Below, one piece after another: positions 62,501 through 64,000 of a stretch of DNA of 64,000 nt. Source of the DNA: an uncultured Gemmatimonadales bacterium (GTDB lineage Bacteria; Gemmatimonadota; Gemmatimonadetes; Gemmatimonadales; GWC2-71-9); the NCBI GenBank assembly GCA_963771275.1, contig CAVYSW010000003.1, positions 1,472,001 through 1,536,000 of the forward strand, read 5' to 3'. The stretch's first letter is position 1; each line of letters begins with the position of its first letter. A program made the position numbers and the translations under genes. The notes under the pieces are model-generated. The model ran no database searches. It saw nothing but the letters and a program-made list of their open reading frames with translations, and had not been told where the DNA came from.

Positions 62501-62927
62501 TGCGCTGTTCGCCGTCGTCGAGGGGTGGGGCGGGGGCGACGACGCGGGCCGCGAGGTCATCCCCCCGGCAGTTCCGCACGAGGGCCCGGCGGTCGACGTG
62601 GCGGGCCTGCGGCGCAGCATGGCCGACGCCGGGGCCGCGGAGATCGTGCCACAGTTGCTCGCGGCGTTTCTGGCCGATGCCCCCGCGCGGATGGCCGCCA
62701 TCGAGACGAGTGCCGCGGCGGGTGACGCGGCGGCGCTCGGACGCGCGGCTCACGCGTACAAGTCCGCGGCGGGGGCGATCGCAGCCACCACCCTGGCGGA
62801 CGGGCTGCGCCGTCTCGAGATGGCCGGGAAGGCCGGGGATCTCACGGCGGCCGCCGGCCTCGTGATCGAGGTCCGCACGCGGCACGAGGCGGCGCTCGCC
62901 CAGCTGCGGCGTGAGATTGACGAATAG
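59559..62927 (+). CDS. hybrid sensor kinase (TM-PAS-PAS-HisKA-HATPase-REC-REC-HPt)
   Basis: ANMSHEIRTPMNG, NALKFT, GGTGLGL, two REC domains, AHAYKSAA (HPt). Confidence 0.96.
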   Translation: MAVAARRPSLAAPSLLEQGEADAALRAGLAEGLGRRLLEDTQVGEIVQLALALLLVPIVGFPGWSEGIPWIGLIVLAAAVRAGARVRFVRRGLPAARAPAMLRWTLVVVAVAWGAGPAVLGAALPFERMALLMVVIAGVVAAAGGTLLADRVGFHALNALLALGVAVGFVRGDLDADHAMGAVLAVVFGVLMAALYERNHLSLRRELTQAYRLHVSEADAERRGEYLDALLLSAPTAIATVGSDGRVVAVNAAFEQLFGYTGAEVVGHSMDDLVVPEGQLEAARRLTEAVDRGTRVSVETERRRKDGRIVPVRIAAALVRGAGDGTIFVLYDDITATRNAERALREAERQYRELVESASDLVWRVDAAGRWSFLNRAALEIYGAAAEDLVGRPLTERVAPEQAERDRQAFGRVLAGGELSDYETVHRDVRGEPRHLSFAARPLRDPEGRVVGAHGMARDVTARVQARAGLEEARDAAERLAALRSAFVANMSHEIRTPMNGVLGLSELLLDTALTPEQRRSLELLHGSAQALLAVIDDILDFSKIEAGQLELEQIPFDVQGLVDATVRLLAVRAAGRGIELLADVDPAVPRAVRGDPGRLRQVLTNLLGNALKFTERGEVAVTVKPVGAACDGSVQLRFGVRDTGIGIPAERIGAIFEEFTQVDASTTRRFGGTGLGLSISRRLVGLMGGELAAQSAVGVGSEFFFTITLRIEAEGAVAGGRAALRHDGLPVLIVDDNAANRRILHGMLAAAGLAVAEAASADHALKSLRAACAGGTPFRLAVIDSQMPGRDGFDFAAVVKGDAALADTRLLMLTSAGRRGDGKRCRELGVEGYLTKPVSRVELLEAIASVLAGTERLEEVVTRHSMAEARRQLRILVAEDNPVNQEVARALLQRRGHDVTVVENGRLAVEVVQKGGFDVVLMDVQMPEMDGLAATRAIRALPAHAGIPIIAVTAHALAEEHARCLAAGMQACVVKPFRPDALFAVVEGWGGGDDAGREVIPPAVPHEGPAVDVAGLRRSMADAGAAEIVPQLLAAFLADAPARMAAIETSAAAGDAAALGRAAHAYKSAAGAIAATTLADGLRRLEMAGKAGDLTAAAGLVIEVRTRHEAALAQLRREIDE

Positions 62928-62945
62928 CGTGACCAAGGAGCAGGC

Positions 62946-63308
62946 ATGAGACTGTACCACCGGACCTCGATTGCCGAAGCGACGGACATCGTGCGCAACG
63001 GCTTTCGTGACGCGAAGTGGCGGTTCGACGTCCGGGATCGTGATGGCGAGGTCCTGAAGAAGGTCGGCGTGTGGCTGACGGACCGGCCGCTCGGCGATGC
63101 GGAGGGGCCCCCCGGCGACGCGCTGCTGGAGGTGGAGATCGGCCTCGGAGACGAGACGCTCGGCCCGTTCGAGCTCGAGGGCGTGTTCTGGGACACCCGG
63201 CTGTTCGTGATCCCGGCCGAGCTCATCAATCCCCACGCGCGGGTTCGCATCGACCAGGTAGACCCGCGGACGTCCTGGTTCTACGAGGCGCCGCGCAACG
63301 AGGAGTAG
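62946..63308 (+). CDS. hypothetical protein, ADP-ribosyltransferase-fold-like
   Basis: AAGGAG RBS; LYHRT..IVRNGF..GVWLTD pattern. Confidence 0.7.
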   Translation: MRLYHRTSIAEATDIVRNGFRDAKWRFDVRDRDGEVLKKVGVWLTDRPLGDAEGPPGDALLEVEIGLGDETLGPFELEGVFWDTRLFVIPAELINPHARVRIDQVDPRTSWFYEAPRNEE

Positions 63309-63311
63309 CCG

Positions 63312-63638
63312 CTAGAGCAGCCCGGACTTCGCCGCCCCCCACAGCTTGTACAGGCGGTCGAAGCCGTCCTGGAGAATGTCCACCTGCTGGGGGCTCGGCT
63401 GGGCCCGCAACGCGACGAGCAGCTCCTCGCACAGGTGCGGCATTTCCCGCCTGCCTTGTCTGGCCGACCGGTCTCGCACCTGCTCGATCACTTCCCGCAA
63501 CCGGGTGCGCGTGGCCTCGTCGGCAGGCACCTGCCAGAGGAACGCCGTCGCCTCCTTCCCTTCGACGATCAGGCGGCCCATGTCGTCGAGCAGGGGTGGC
63601 GTGCTCCGTCTGGGCGGAGGGGGCTCGTCAGGGATCAT
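63312..63638 (-). CDS. helical hypothetical protein, degenerate HPt-like
   Basis: GGAG RBS; 108 aa; SARQG..MPHLCEEL pattern. Confidence 0.65.
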   Translation of the reverse strand: MIPDEPPPPRRSTPPLLDDMGRLIVEGKEATAFLWQVPADEATRTRLREVIEQVRDRSARQGRREMPHLCEELLVALRAQPSPQQVDILQDGFDRLYKLWGAAKSGLL

Positions 63639-63775
63639 CGGCCGTCTCCCGTTGGGGTGCCGCAGCGTGTCGCGGTAATCTAGCAGGAACGCCAGGAATT
63701 CCGATCGCCGCCGAGGGGTACGCGTCGCGTCGGTCTGGCGCGGGCGTGGGGACTGTCTTAGCTTCGCGGTACGCC

Positions 63776-64000
63776 ATGGCGACCTACCGTCTCGTCGTTT
63801 CAAACCCGCCGCAGGCGGGCGTCAATGCGGACGAAGCCGCGCGACAGCTCGGCCTCACGCCGGAGCAGCTTCAACGCAAGGCCGCCTACACCGTCCCCGA
63901 AATCTGGTTTGCCCATCCCGACCGCGAGCGGGCGGAGGACAGCGCGCGCGCGCTCGAGGCCGCGGGCTGCCGGGTGTCCGTCACGTGGTCCGAGAATCTC
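63776..64000 (+). CDS. hypothetical protein (partial, runs off the window)
   Basis: MATYRLVVSNPP...AARQLGLT...ALEAAGCRV; open to the window end with typical coding bias. Confidence 0.65.
   Translation, partial: MATYRLVVSNPPQAGVNADEAARQLGLTPEQLQRKAAYTVPEIWFAHPDRERAEDSARALEAAGCRVSVTWSENL

Noticed and set aside
59337..63236. 1299-aa minus-strand ORF (and similar ones such as 11788-14925, 8640-10403, 49872-51593)
   Set aside because: Antisense shadows of well-supported genes, with no motifs and R/A/G/P-biased composition.

Overview
Very GC-rich bacterial chromosomal window; gene content and small conserved hypotheticals suggest Gemmatimonadota (inference, not verified). It is densely coding, with no rRNA, tRNA, CRISPR array, transposase or phage genes seen. 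From left to right it holds: kdpF-A-B, with two extra unannotated membrane micropeptides and KdpE-like direct repeats upstream; an APC permease/amidohydrolase/MBL hydrolase/orphan ABC operon; a DUF885 protein; and an NtrY/NtrX-like two-component pair followed by a sigma-54 promoter driving a beta-helix/beta-barrel fusion and DUF4390. Next come a Moco-sulfurase-like PLP enzyme, a GH63-like glucosidase with gnd-zwf-glk-pgl, rpsU coupled to an HTH protein, and an ECF sigma/CBM48 anti-sigma/CBM48 outer-membrane module. The right half has a doubly frameshifted alkyl-DHAP-synthase-like gene with glpD and a lipid kinase, two aldo-keto reductases, transporters, a GH20/GH29/CutC/GH29 glycan cluster, and a hybrid kinase followed by an ADP-ribosyltransferase-like protein and a His-less HPt-like protein. 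All product calls come from motif recognition by eye; no database searches were run.
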